DNA of 64,000 bases from an uncultured virus (IMG/VR IMGVR_UViG_3300031759_000004) (lineage: Duplodnaviria > Heunggongvirae > Uroviricota > Caudoviricetes). The DNA lies in the IMG/VR virus record IMGVR_UViG_3300031759_000004, positions 62,001-126,000 of that record. The stretch is one strand, 5' to 3'. The notes beneath the pieces were generated by a model, which was given only the letters and a program-made list of their open reading frames with translations, did not search any database and was not told where the DNA came from. How positions within the stretch are numbered: the first letter of the stretch is position 1; each line of letters starts with the position of its first letter. The position numbers and the translations under genes were made by a program. Below are positions 27,571-35,979 of this stretch, one piece after another.

Positions 27571-28350
27571 ATGTACATGAGCTACACATCTAAGAATAAT
27601 CCAAAGCATGCGTACAAAGTACGTTGGAAGTACACAGACGAAGAGCTGATGGCATCTGCTGCGCAGTATCCGCATCGTTCGCACTGGAAGCGCTACGCCA
27701 ACAACCACTACCAGGCGGCTAGTTCAAGGGGCCTGCTTGACCGGTGTTGCGCCCACATGACGCCTATGGCCAGCCCGTTCGCGGCTGACTACGAAATCTA
27801 CGTGTACGAATTTGCCGACAAGCACGCGTACGTCGGGTTGACTTTCTTGCCACGAGCCAGGCAGTACGCGCACAAGGTCAGTGGCCCGGTAGCGGAGCAC
27901 GCTGATGTCTGTGGCACCTACACGCGCAAGGTTCTGGCCACGAGCTTGACCCGGGAGCAAGCTCCGGAGGCGGAGAAGCTGGCCATCGCGCAGTACAAGA
28001 ACGAAGGCTGGACCATGTTGAATCGGAATAGCGGAGGCTCTGTTGGCACTGTGCGTGGTCGCAAGTGGACCAAAGAGCTGATCGTGGCAGAAGCTCGGAA
28101 GTTCACTACCAGACAAGCCTGGATCGACGGCTCTCAGGGGTCTTACCGTGTTGCCAAGCGGGAGGGTTGGTTCGAGGAGGCCAGCGCCCACATGCCCAAG
28201 CGTGACGGCACTAGCCAGATCGGTCACAAGGTCTCAGCCGCCACACGGCGAAAGCAGTCAGCCGTAAAACTAGGCCGCCCGCAGACGCCCGAGCACCGCG
28301 CCGCCCGCAGCGCCGCCGTCAAGCTCTGGTGGGCTTCTCGGCGCGCGTAA
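27571..28350 (+). CDS. GIY-YIG-like homing endonuclease with NUMOD3-like tail
   Basis: 'IYVYEF...AYVGLT..R..H', 'EAEK..I..YK.EGW.MLN...GGSVG', repeated 'W...C.HM' units, 'SAATRRKQS'. Confidence 0.75.
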   Translation: MYMSYTSKNNPKHAYKVRWKYTDEELMASAAQYPHRSHWKRYANNHYQAASSRGLLDRCCAHMTPMASPFAADYEIYVYEFADKHAYVGLTFLPRARQYAHKVSGPVAEHADVCGTYTRKVLATSLTREQAPEAEKLAIAQYKNEGWTMLNRNSGGSVGTVRGRKWTKELIVAEARKFTTRQAWIDGSQGSYRVAKREGWFEEASAHMPKRDGTSQIGHKVSAATRRKQSAVKLGRPQTPEHRAARSAAVKLWWASRRA

Positions 28351-28366
28351 TTTGTTCTTCCAGGCT

Positions 28367-28981
28367 GTGAGCAATTTGCTGCCAGCCAAGATCGAACGGG
28401 TGTTCGCCGTCAGCCCGACCGGCGAAACCTCCGTCGTCAAGCCAGGGCCGCCCAAGAAGCTTTCCCTGGGCCAGCGGCACGCCGCCTGGCGCATCGGCCT
28501 GATGGCCGTGAACCAGTTCATGAAGGAGCAGGGCTTTGAGAGCGTCATCGGGGCCTCGACCACGCACTTCGGCTGGCTGAAGGGAGATTTCTCCGTCAAC
28601 GTCTCCCTGCGTCAGCCGTCAAACATCGCTTACGTCACCTCCTACGAAGGCTACGACCCGCACGCCAAGAAAAAGTCCCTGGGCAAGGACATCACCGGCC
28701 ACGAGATGTTTGGGGTCACGGCCCAGGTCACCACGCTCAAGGAGGCCCTGGGCGGCGGCAAGTACGTGCTGATGGTGGACGCGTCCACACTGAGCGGCAC
28801 GGCCAATCCTGTCTACATTCCGCTGGAAGCGGAAGACGACGGTGGCAAGCCCGCGCAGTACGTCTACAGGAACGTGTTGGGCGTCATCGCCATGATGGCC
28901 CAGGCGGACCAGGGGCTGAAGGACGCTTTCGCCGCCGACCAGGTCAGGCTGGCCCAGGAGCGCCAGGTCCAGCTTGACTGA
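28367..28981 (+). CDS. Hypothetical protein
   Basis: GTG 28367 after GTTCT at 28354. Confidence 0.65.
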   Translation: MSNLLPAKIERVFAVSPTGETSVVKPGPPKKLSLGQRHAAWRIGLMAVNQFMKEQGFESVIGASTTHFGWLKGDFSVNVSLRQPSNIAYVTSYEGYDPHAKKKSLGKDITGHEMFGVTAQVTTLKEALGGGKYVLMVDASTLSGTANPVYIPLEAEDDGGKPAQYVYRNVLGVIAMMAQADQGLKDAFAADQVRLAQERQVQLD

Positions 28982-29132
28982 GCACAAATCGGTCCACTTC
29001 TCAGTTTCTGCCGGTAGGTAAACACCTGATAGGCACTTAGCTAAAAACAGGCTAGGGTCAGGTTCGTGAATTCTGTCTTTTGTTTTCGACCTGGTGCGCA
29101 TTGTAGCGACACCGCCCAACTCCTTTTAATTT

Positions 29133-29486
29133 ATGAACGATCAACAATTTGACGTGCTGTCAAAGCAGATTTCCGATTTCCGCAAGTCCATCGGAACGCC
29201 TGCAACCGTACAGGACCTGCAAAGAACGAAAGAACTAATAATGAGTGCAATCACAGACTGGGCGGCCACCGAAGATGCCGACCTGACGGGAATTCAAACG
29301 GCGCTGGCTGCCGTGGTCACGGGCATTTCAGCCTTGGATGCTGAAATTACCGCCTTCAACAACTCACCCGGGACCCTGAGCGCCGCCGACCAGGCCGCGC
29401 TGACTACCCTGAAAGCGCACAGTGCGGCGCTGGTGACCCAGGCGCAAGCCATCTCGACGGTCGCGCCCGTGGCTCCTGCGTCCTAA
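29133..29486 (+). CDS. Ala/Thr-rich helical small protein; probable second in-frame start at 29241
   Basis: Similar architecture to 2572..3000. Confidence 0.7.
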   Translation: MNDQQFDVLSKQISDFRKSIGTPATVQDLQRTKELIMSAITDWAATEDADLTGIQTALAAVVTGISALDAEITAFNNSPGTLSAADQAALTTLKAHSAALVTQAQAISTVAPVAPAS

Positions 29487-29492
29487 GCAATC

Positions 29493-29550
29493 TGGCAGCG
29501 GGCTACTTGTAGGAGGAAGGGTAGCCCGCCGCCAGCCTTAAACTTTTCGT
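29493..29550 (+). terminator. Probable terminator hairpin
   Basis: TGGCAGCGGGCTAC...GTAGCCCGCCGCCA followed by T-rich tract. Confidence 0.5.
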
Positions 29551-29578
29551 TGTCAGAGGCTGGTGGTGTAACTATACC

Positions 29579-29800
29579 GTGGGACATAAACTCAATTTTC
29601 GAGACATCTGCTCAAAAGCTGCCGCCATCCGCTGCCGCCAGGGCGGCCAGTCGAACGCGCAGATCGCCAAGTCCGCCAAGGTGGCTCCCGGCACCGTGGG
29701 GAAGTGGGTCAACAAATCCGGGTTTAAGCTGCGGGGTGGCAAGCTGCGCCACCAGGCGGAGAGCGCCAGCGACATTGTAGACAAACTGTTAGACTACTAA
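29579..29800 (+). CDS. Small HTH protein with C-terminal 'AESASDIVDKLL' motif
   Basis: 'SNAQIAKSAKVAPGTVGKWV' is a helix-turn-helix pattern. Confidence 0.6.
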   Translation: MGHKLNFRDICSKAAAIRCRQGGQSNAQIAKSAKVAPGTVGKWVNKSGFKLRGGKLRHQAESASDIVDKLLDY

Positions 29801-29815
29801 GATAAACTTATTACG

Positions 29816-29831
29816 TGTTCCACGTGGAACA
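29816..29831. promoter_or_regulatory. parS: parS-type centromere palindrome TGTTCCACGTGGAACA
   Basis: Perfect 16-bp intergenic palindrome matching the bacterial chromosomal parS consensus TGTTNCACGTGNAACA. Confidence 0.8.
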
Positions 29832-29895
29832 ATGCTGACGTTTAGTCATTTTTCAGCTGGCCACGGCTCGTCTGTGTGTGTTCTATACTGGCGAC

Positions 29896-30759
29896 ATGAA
29901 ATGCCTATTACGGTACCCTGGCGGAAAAAGTCGAATGCTCGGCGATCTACAGCCGTACCTGGTCGGAATGCTTAAAAATGAAACTGAGTACGGCGAACCT
30001 TTCGTCGGTGGTGGTTCGGTGGCGTTGCACGTGGCGCGCCATTTTCCAAAAATCAAGTTAAGGCTGAACGACAAAGACCCGCTCATAGCCGGGTTATGGC
30101 GCGTAATCTGCGGACCCTCTGCCGGTGTCAATCAGCTAATTAAACTGATTGATGTGGTGCCAACATTAAGCCTGTGGCGGTCCACCCGCAGCAGTGAACC
30201 CAAAACAGACTTGAATCGGGCTTTTAAGGCGATATTCATGAACCGAACCTCGTGGAACGGCATCGTACACGACTCACGTCCGATAGGCGGCCTGGAGCAG
30301 AAAAGTAAGTGGCCAATCGGTTGTCGCTATAACGTAGGCGCTTTAAGCGCCCTTTTAGTAGCCTACCATGAACTTCTGTCCGGACGCACTGTTGTGACGG
30401 AACTGGACGCTGTTGAATTTGTACGTCGATTCAGTTGTCCCTGCTTTATTGATCCGCCGTACCTTATGGACGGCAAAAATAAACTTTACGGCGTTAGCAT
30501 GACTGAAAGCGAGCACAGGAATTTTGCAAAAGCCTTGCGCACGCTGAGAAAGTGGGTACTGACCTACGATAATAAAGATAGGGTTGCCTGCGACTTGTAC
30601 TGGCGCGTAGACAAAAAGCTCATAGATACGAGATACTCGATGGACACAGCCCATCGCGCCCACCGCGAAGTAGTGGGAGTGGCTGAGTGGAAAAAAGCGA
30701 GCGAAATTTGCGCACACAAAGGTTTTTCTCTTGTTCTTAACGGCAGCGCTGAACTATAG
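29896..30759 (+). CDS. dam: DNA adenine methyltransferase (Dam/D12 class)
   Basis: 'LRYPGGKS', 'EPFVGGGSV', 'LNDKD', 'NRTSWNG', catalytic 'FIDPPY', 'WVLTYD'; target site unknown. Confidence 0.9.
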   Translation: MKCLLRYPGGKSRMLGDLQPYLVGMLKNETEYGEPFVGGGSVALHVARHFPKIKLRLNDKDPLIAGLWRVICGPSAGVNQLIKLIDVVPTLSLWRSTRSSEPKTDLNRAFKAIFMNRTSWNGIVHDSRPIGGLEQKSKWPIGCRYNVGALSALLVAYHELLSGRTVVTELDAVEFVRRFSCPCFIDPPYLMDGKNKLYGVSMTESEHRNFAKALRTLRKWVLTYDNKDRVACDLYWRVDKKLIDTRYSMDTAHRAHREVVGVAEWKKASEICAHKGFSLVLNGSAEL

Positions 30760-30813
30760 TCGGCGTGTAACCGGACTTGCTGGAATTAACCGGTGGGACT
30801 GGGAAAGGAAAAC

Positions 30814-32847
30814 ATGAAATATATGCAAATGGTGGGCGTCTACGCTCACATTAACCGAGCCTACGAATCTTCAGAGGCTTATCAATGGTCAAGAGAAGCC
30901 GCCGTAAACGCCCTCCAAGCTGGTGCGACTGATGTGCGGTTCGACGTGGAGTGGCAAGCAGTACGCAGCCAACAAGTGTACCGACGGCTTGTGGCCGACA
31001 ACGGATCAGGCATGAGTGCGCAGCAAATGCCAGCTTTTTTGAATAAATTTGGCGGTTCAGGCCGCACTATCGGAGCCATTACAGGAAACTACGGTGTAGG
31101 CTTTAAGAGCAGCGTACTGCCGTGGAACGGTTACGGTGTTGTGGTCATTTCCGTGGTTACGCTGAACGGGCGGATAGAAACCAATATGATGTGGCTTCAG
31201 AGGGAAGAGAAAGACGACGGTACCTTGGACTACGGCGCGCGGGAGCTGTTGTCTGATTATTTCGATGGGCGAGAAACTCAAGAAAGCGACGATTTTATCG
31301 GCGACTGGGTCTCCGGTTTTGGAAGAAACGAGGATGCTACAACAGTGATGCCATTGACACTGTTAAACGATTGCGGATACGTGCCTGAATTAGACGGTAT
31401 TAACTGGCTTAAAGTAGTCCCTAAGTTTGTGAAAGAGGCTGGGCACGGCACGGTTATCGTGCTACTCGGGCAGCGTGGAAAAGAACACACCATACTTGGT
31501 GACTTTAAGAGGAACGAACACGACACCAAGTACGGTCTTTGCCGCTACCTGAACACCCGTTTTTATTCTATTCCCGACAACTTCAAAATTACGGTTGCTT
31601 CCGTGGGAACAGAAGAGGCAAGAAAAAACTGGAATCAACCGAGCAGCTGGCCAACGGCACCTGGCACTGGAGGCATAAGCAGCAGGACAGTCATCGGCAT
31701 GAAAAAGTGTCTGGAGTCTTACGTTGTCGCCGCTACTAAAGAGGGCAAGGAGGCTAAGCGCGGTCAGACGCTGCTTAAAGCTGGCGCAGAAGTTCCTGTT
31801 AGTGTAGACACCTTGCTGCTGCCTGAGCTGGAAAAAAGCAGCGGCACCGTTGGTGGTGACAATCACTATGCCGCCGGTAATTATCCTTCACTTCCGCTCA
31901 TCGCTAGCATCTGGAAATGCCATCCCGACTTAGACTTAGTCGAAACTTTTAACGTGCGCATGCTGTCAGAGGGAAAAACTGCGCTTTTTGACTGGATAAA
32001 CTTAATGGATGTACGGCGACGTTTGGCTTTAATCCTAGAGCCGAAGGACGACGGTGACATCTGTGTTTTTGCGGATCAGTCCAGGCGCACTCTACTATAC
32101 CAAAGTAAGACTAAAGGTGGCGCGCCGCTGCCGGAGCTTGAGTGGGCGGCAGCCTACAGGGTAAACCGGCCTGACTTCATATCAAAAGCGGTGGACGCCT
32201 ACTTTGAAGGTTTAAGCGTAGATCGACCTGAAACGGATGCGAGCATCGTGGAGCACCTTAAGCAGTATTTTCCGTTCATGGCGCATACTGTCGTAGAAAC
32301 TCGACGCGCGGAAAAGAAACAGCCTGCTTACGAAAGATCGGATGAATCGGACGGCGACACCGACAGTGGTAATCGCGGCGGTTACCGCTTGCCGGGACAT
32401 TTGGGCGGTCGCGGCAGGGATTTTCAAAATAGTCGAGGCTTGATAACCGTTAATAAGGGTACAGTAGAAGGAGGATTTCCGGTAGAATGGAATACAGATC
32501 AAAAAGAGCCTAGAGGCATTGTAGACATGACACATCCTCTAGTCAAAGATGCGTGGGACATGTGCGAACTCAAGCTAAGAGCCGACGGTGTGGATGACGG
32601 CGCTGAAATGACTAGCTACCGACGAGCTTTTGAGAGCCAGGTAATCGGGCACGTGAGCTTGGCTATGACGCACATTTACGCCTACCTTAAGGCCAACAAA
32701 ATGAAAAACTCGGATGAATTGACAAAGCCCAGCGCGCTACTGTCTATCGTAGCTGGCATAAGGCATTTGCACCAAGCCTCGCAAGGGCCGTTCGGCACGA
32801 TTAAAGGTGGAAGAGCGAAAGTCAAAACCGCTTGCCCGGTCAACTAG
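30814..32847 (+). CDS. GHKL (Hsp90/MORC-like) ATPase
   Basis: Bergerat motifs 'REAAVNALQA', 'VADNGSGMS', 'GNYGVGFK', 'GHGTVIVL'; lower GC. Confidence 0.8.
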   Translation: MKYMQMVGVYAHINRAYESSEAYQWSREAAVNALQAGATDVRFDVEWQAVRSQQVYRRLVADNGSGMSAQQMPAFLNKFGGSGRTIGAITGNYGVGFKSSVLPWNGYGVVVISVVTLNGRIETNMMWLQREEKDDGTLDYGARELLSDYFDGRETQESDDFIGDWVSGFGRNEDATTVMPLTLLNDCGYVPELDGINWLKVVPKFVKEAGHGTVIVLLGQRGKEHTILGDFKRNEHDTKYGLCRYLNTRFYSIPDNFKITVASVGTEEARKNWNQPSSWPTAPGTGGISSRTVIGMKKCLESYVVAATKEGKEAKRGQTLLKAGAEVPVSVDTLLLPELEKSSGTVGGDNHYAAGNYPSLPLIASIWKCHPDLDLVETFNVRMLSEGKTALFDWINLMDVRRRLALILEPKDDGDICVFADQSRRTLLYQSKTKGGAPLPELEWAAAYRVNRPDFISKAVDAYFEGLSVDRPETDASIVEHLKQYFPFMAHTVVETRRAEKKQPAYERSDESDGDTDSGNRGGYRLPGHLGGRGRDFQNSRGLITVNKGTVEGGFPVEWNTDQKEPRGIVDMTHPLVKDAWDMCELKLRADGVDDGAEMTSYRRAFESQVIGHVSLAMTHIYAYLKANKMKNSDELTKPSALLSIVAGIRHLHQASQGPFGTIKGGRAKVKTACPVN

Positions 32848-32854
32848 CAGAGCT

Positions 32855-33784
32855 ATGAAGCTATTGATTTGCGGCGGTCTCTACGGCTCCGAGGGCAAGG
32901 GCTGCGTGGCCGATTACTTCGCCCGGCAGACCCAAGCCCTGGTCGCCTTCGCCGAGTCCGGCCCCAACTCCGGCCACACCAACTCAGCCTGGTGTACCCA
33001 CTGCCTGCCCTCCTGCGCCATGCGGGCCAACGCCACGCTGATCGGGCCGGACGCGGTGATCGACCTGGACCAGCTGGCCCGCGAGCTGGCGCAGCTGCCA
33101 AAGAATGCTCGCGTCTACGTCCACGAGAACGCGGCCATCACCCTGCCTGACGACCGCGTCGCGGAGCAAGAGCTGGGCTTGGGGCGGAGCATCTCCAGCA
33201 CCTGTACCGGCAGCGGGTACGCCCGGTACAAAAAGTATACGCTAAGGCAGCCCAATGCCGTGGCGGGCTACTACCCAATCCCAGGCGTAACCGTCGTGAA
33301 GTCGGCGGAGTGGCTGGACCTGGTGGAGGAGCTGTCCAGTTTCGACTGGATCGTCGAGGGCAGCCAGGGAGCGCTGCTGGACACCAACTTTGGCGTGTAC
33401 CCGTACGTGACCAGCCGGTCAACGCTGCCGCTGTCCATTATCGGGCGCAACGGCTTGTCCTGCTTCAACTGGACCATCTGCTCGGTGTACCGGACGCTGC
33501 CAATCCGCACGGGCGGCCCCAGCGGCCCCTGTGGCGGCAAGGAGCTGACCTGGGTTGAGCTGAAGCTGGAGCCGGAGATCGCCTCCACGACCAAGCGCGT
33601 GCGCCGGGTATTTGAGTGGTCGGAGAGCGACTTCAAGCTCAGCCTGCGGCTGACGCGTCCGGATGTCGTGGCCATCACGCACCTGGACTACGCGACTGAC
33701 GCGTTCGTGGCCGACAACATCAGGTCCCATTTCCACGGCACCGTGATCGGCAGCCGCCAGCCTGCAAAGTTCACGTACCTTTGA
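32855..33784 (+). CDS. purZ: Adenylosuccinate-synthetase homolog, PurZ/PurZ0-like
   Basis: 'GGLYGSEGKG' (Ser replaces PurA catalytic Asp), 'GPNSGHT', 'VEGSQG..LD...G.YPYVTSR', 'RTLPIRTGGPSGP', 'STTKRVRRV', 'ITHLDY'. Confidence 0.75.
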   Translation: MKLLICGGLYGSEGKGCVADYFARQTQALVAFAESGPNSGHTNSAWCTHCLPSCAMRANATLIGPDAVIDLDQLARELAQLPKNARVYVHENAAITLPDDRVAEQELGLGRSISSTCTGSGYARYKKYTLRQPNAVAGYYPIPGVTVVKSAEWLDLVEELSSFDWIVEGSQGALLDTNFGVYPYVTSRSTLPLSIIGRNGLSCFNWTICSVYRTLPIRTGGPSGPCGGKELTWVELKLEPEIASTTKRVRRVFEWSESDFKLSLRLTRPDVVAITHLDYATDAFVADNIRSHFHGTVIGSRQPAKFTYL

Positions 33785-34013
33785 CCGGCTGCTTGGCCAG
33801 GAATTCCTTCGCCGATTCGGTAAACGATTTGCCGCACCAGGGGCAGTAGTGCATCGGCCACATGGTGATGTGCGTGCCGTTGGCGGCGGCCAGTTCGCAC
33901 GCCAGGTTGAGGGTGTGGACGCCCTCCACCATTTTGTCGCAGCACTCCGCGTCTTTGGTCGTGACGTCGGGCGCGCCCGGGATGTCAATGGAAACGAGTC
34001 GATTCGTGATCAT
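33771..34013 (-). CDS. Small Zn-finger protein
   Basis: 'CC...YCPWCGK'; GTTCT at 34021..34025 (minus). Confidence 0.6.
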   Translation of the reverse strand: MITNRLVSIDIPGAPDVTTKDAECCDKMVEGVHTLNLACELAAANGTHITMWPMHYCPWCGKSFTESAKEFLAKQPVKGT

Positions 34014-34048
34014 GCCCGCTAGAACTGAATTTGTCCGTAGTTAGGGGC

Positions 34049-34555
34049 GTGAGACAGAGACGACTTGCCGTGGTTAAAGCGCGTATCGCGCAGTTGGACG
34101 CTGAGTATGACCGCCTGGACGGCCTGGCGCAGCCCACTGCGCACGTATCCGCCGAGCTGAAGGCGCTCAACAACGAGCTGGACCTCCTGCTGCACCGGCC
34201 ATTTACGAACGCCAAGCTGGAAGAAGCGCTCAAACGCGGCAAGCCGGTGGCCCTGGTTGATGCGCTCCTGGAGGCCGGGCCGTTGCGCACGCTCCGCGAT
34301 CTGCAAGCCATGCCCGACGACCAGCTCTACCGCTGCCACGATGCCAGCGTGGCGGAACGGCACAAGATTCAGGTGCCGTTCCAGTGCGGCTGCCGCCAGT
34401 GGATGGGAGCAGGGGTCGTGCGCGTTGAGTTTTACTCCAACCGGGAAAATGTGTTCGGCAGCCAAAGGTACCAGGACAGCGACCACGCCAGCATCAGGAC
34501 CCTGGAGCCGGTGCCGGGCGAGACGTGGCAGTTCGACATCCTGCCCAGTTTTTGA
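34049..34555 (+). CDS. Hypothetical protein with internal 'LVDALLEA' motif
   Basis: GTG 34049 after GTAGTTA at 34037. Confidence 0.65.
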   Translation: MRQRRLAVVKARIAQLDAEYDRLDGLAQPTAHVSAELKALNNELDLLLHRPFTNAKLEEALKRGKPVALVDALLEAGPLRTLRDLQAMPDDQLYRCHDASVAERHKIQVPFQCGCRQWMGAGVVRVEFYSNRENVFGSQRYQDSDHASIRTLEPVPGETWQFDILPSF

Positions 34556-34571
34556 CGGGTTAAAGCTTAAA

Positions 34572-34600
34572 TTGACATCGACCTGTCGATTGTATACATT
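34572..34600 (+). promoter_or_regulatory. Host sigma70-type promoter
   Basis: TTGACA-17 nt-TACATT, 6 nt before ATG 34607. Confidence 0.75.
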
Positions 34601-34606
34601 TTTAGT

Positions 34607-35206
34607 ATGCGTGCCGATCAGCTAGTGACGAAGCTCCTGGACCTGCCCACCCTGGGCCAGCTCCGGGAGTCGCCCCAGTATTACCCAGGTCCCTTCGCCT
34701 ACCAGCGAGATTCCGGCTTCCGGCCCCTGTCGATGGACAACTACTGGGCCTGCCAGCTGATGACCCAGGATGCCGACTACGCCTACGCCCTTTCCCCGGC
34801 GGGCAACTTCGGCTACGTGTTTTCCGTGCCTGACACCGAGAACCCGCCAAGGACCGGCATCGTTCCGGTCATGACGGTTCAGCTGCGCCCGTCCAACATC
34901 AAGGGCTACATGCAGGCGCACCGGCTGAGCATCCGGGAGAGCTTCGCCCGGGGCGGCGTGGCGACGCGCTGGTATTTCAGCTACGTCCAGTATGCGGGCG
35001 GGGTGGTCTCCGATTTTGAGCACCTGGAAGGCGGCAAGCGCCTCTGGAAGTCGTTCGTGCGCACGGCGACGGATCACGGGCTGAAGATTTCCCTGGTGGA
35101 CAGCCGCACCGGCGAATGGCTTCCGGTAAGCCCGCAGTCGCCGGACGAGGCCATCTGGTCCCTGGACAAGACACTGTACCCGGTCGTGCTGGTGCTGGAG
35201 CGCTAG
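34607..35206 (+). CDS. GNAT-like (acetyltransferase-fold) protein
   Basis: 'LSIRESFARGGVATRWY...VVSD..HLEGGKRLW' resembles GNAT motifs A/B. Confidence 0.55.
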   Translation: MRADQLVTKLLDLPTLGQLRESPQYYPGPFAYQRDSGFRPLSMDNYWACQLMTQDADYAYALSPAGNFGYVFSVPDTENPPRTGIVPVMTVQLRPSNIKGYMQAHRLSIRESFARGGVATRWYFSYVQYAGGVVSDFEHLEGGKRLWKSFVRTATDHGLKISLVDSRTGEWLPVSPQSPDEAIWSLDKTLYPVVLVLER

Positions 35207-35212
35207 TTAGGC

Positions 35213-35470
35213 ATGGCCGAATTCACACCCTGGGCGCTGGCGCAGCCGCGAAACCCGCCGCCCATCAGCAAGGTCACGGTATACGCCCGCGACCCTTACA
35301 ACTTCAGCTGGCGCACGCCGGACGGCACCATCATTCCCGCCGTAGGGCCAAACGCTGCCGGGGCGACGAATCCCACGTCGGTGCCGACGATTCAGTCGGT
35401 GGAGATCATTCCGGCCCCTGGGGTGCCTGACTACGGGGTCAACGGGCCAGGCCAGGAGCAGGCGATGTAG
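35213..35470 (+). CDS. Small Pro-rich hypothetical protein
   Basis: CTAGTTA motif at 35203. Confidence 0.6.
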   Translation: MAEFTPWALAQPRNPPPISKVTVYARDPYNFSWRTPDGTIIPAVGPNAAGATNPTSVPTIQSVEIIPAPGVPDYGVNGPGQEQAM

Positions 35471-35480
35471 TTAATACGCT

Positions 35481-35705
35481 ATGGCCAATAAAAATTTTGA
35501 TCCAAACGCTCGCTACGACAACGGACCCAGCGCCGCTGGCTCGGGCCGCATCTCGACTCCCGCGCCCACGACCAACAGCGGTCTGGCCACGGACAACACC
35601 GTGACCAACTCGAACATCGAGTGCGGTTTCAACTGCGCGGGCAACCAGAAAAAGAACAACGGCCCCAATGTGGCCGGTAATCCGCGCAGCTACAACAACA
35701 CCTAG
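35481..35705 (+). CDS. Small Asn-rich hypothetical protein
   Basis: GTAGTTA at 35467. Confidence 0.6.
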   Translation: MANKNFDPNARYDNGPSAAGSGRISTPAPTTNSGLATDNTVTNSNIECGFNCAGNQKKNNGPNVAGNPRSYNNT

Positions 35706-35930
35706 TCAGCTGTTGGTGATGCCGTGCTCGGCCTGGATGTGTTCCTTCAGGCGGGCCGACTTGCGTTGGAGCGAGTCTAGGACATCGCGCCAGTCTTCGT
35801 CCGGCGTCACCTGGGCCGTCAGGTCGAACTTGACGGATTCGTAGTTGCCGATGTTCACGGACATGCCGTAGCTGACCTGGATGATCTTGGTCGGCTTGCG
35901 GGGCGGTTCGGGTGCTTTAGCTTCAGCCAT
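35706..35930 (-). CDS. Small conserved-type phage protein ('SVNIGNYES')
   Basis: 'VSYGMSVNIGNYESVKFD' is a recurrent phage motif. Confidence 0.65.
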   Translation of the reverse strand: MAEAKAPEPPRKPTKIIQVSYGMSVNIGNYESVKFDLTAQVTPDEDWRDVLDSLQRKSARLKEHIQAEHGITNS

Positions 35931-35943
35931 ATAAGTGTAGACG

Positions 35944-35972
35944 AAAAAGGGCTGGCCTCGCAGGCCAGCCCT
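35944..35972 (-). terminator. Rho-independent terminator after DUF932 gene
   Basis: AGGGCTGGCCT-GCG-AGGCCAGCCCT then T-run on the minus strand. Confidence 0.8.
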
Positions 35973-35979
35973 GTTTGTT

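Noticed and set aside
28982..29132. tRNA gene
   Set aside because: Contains GGTTCG but no cloverleaf with proper acceptor stem and T-arm spacing.
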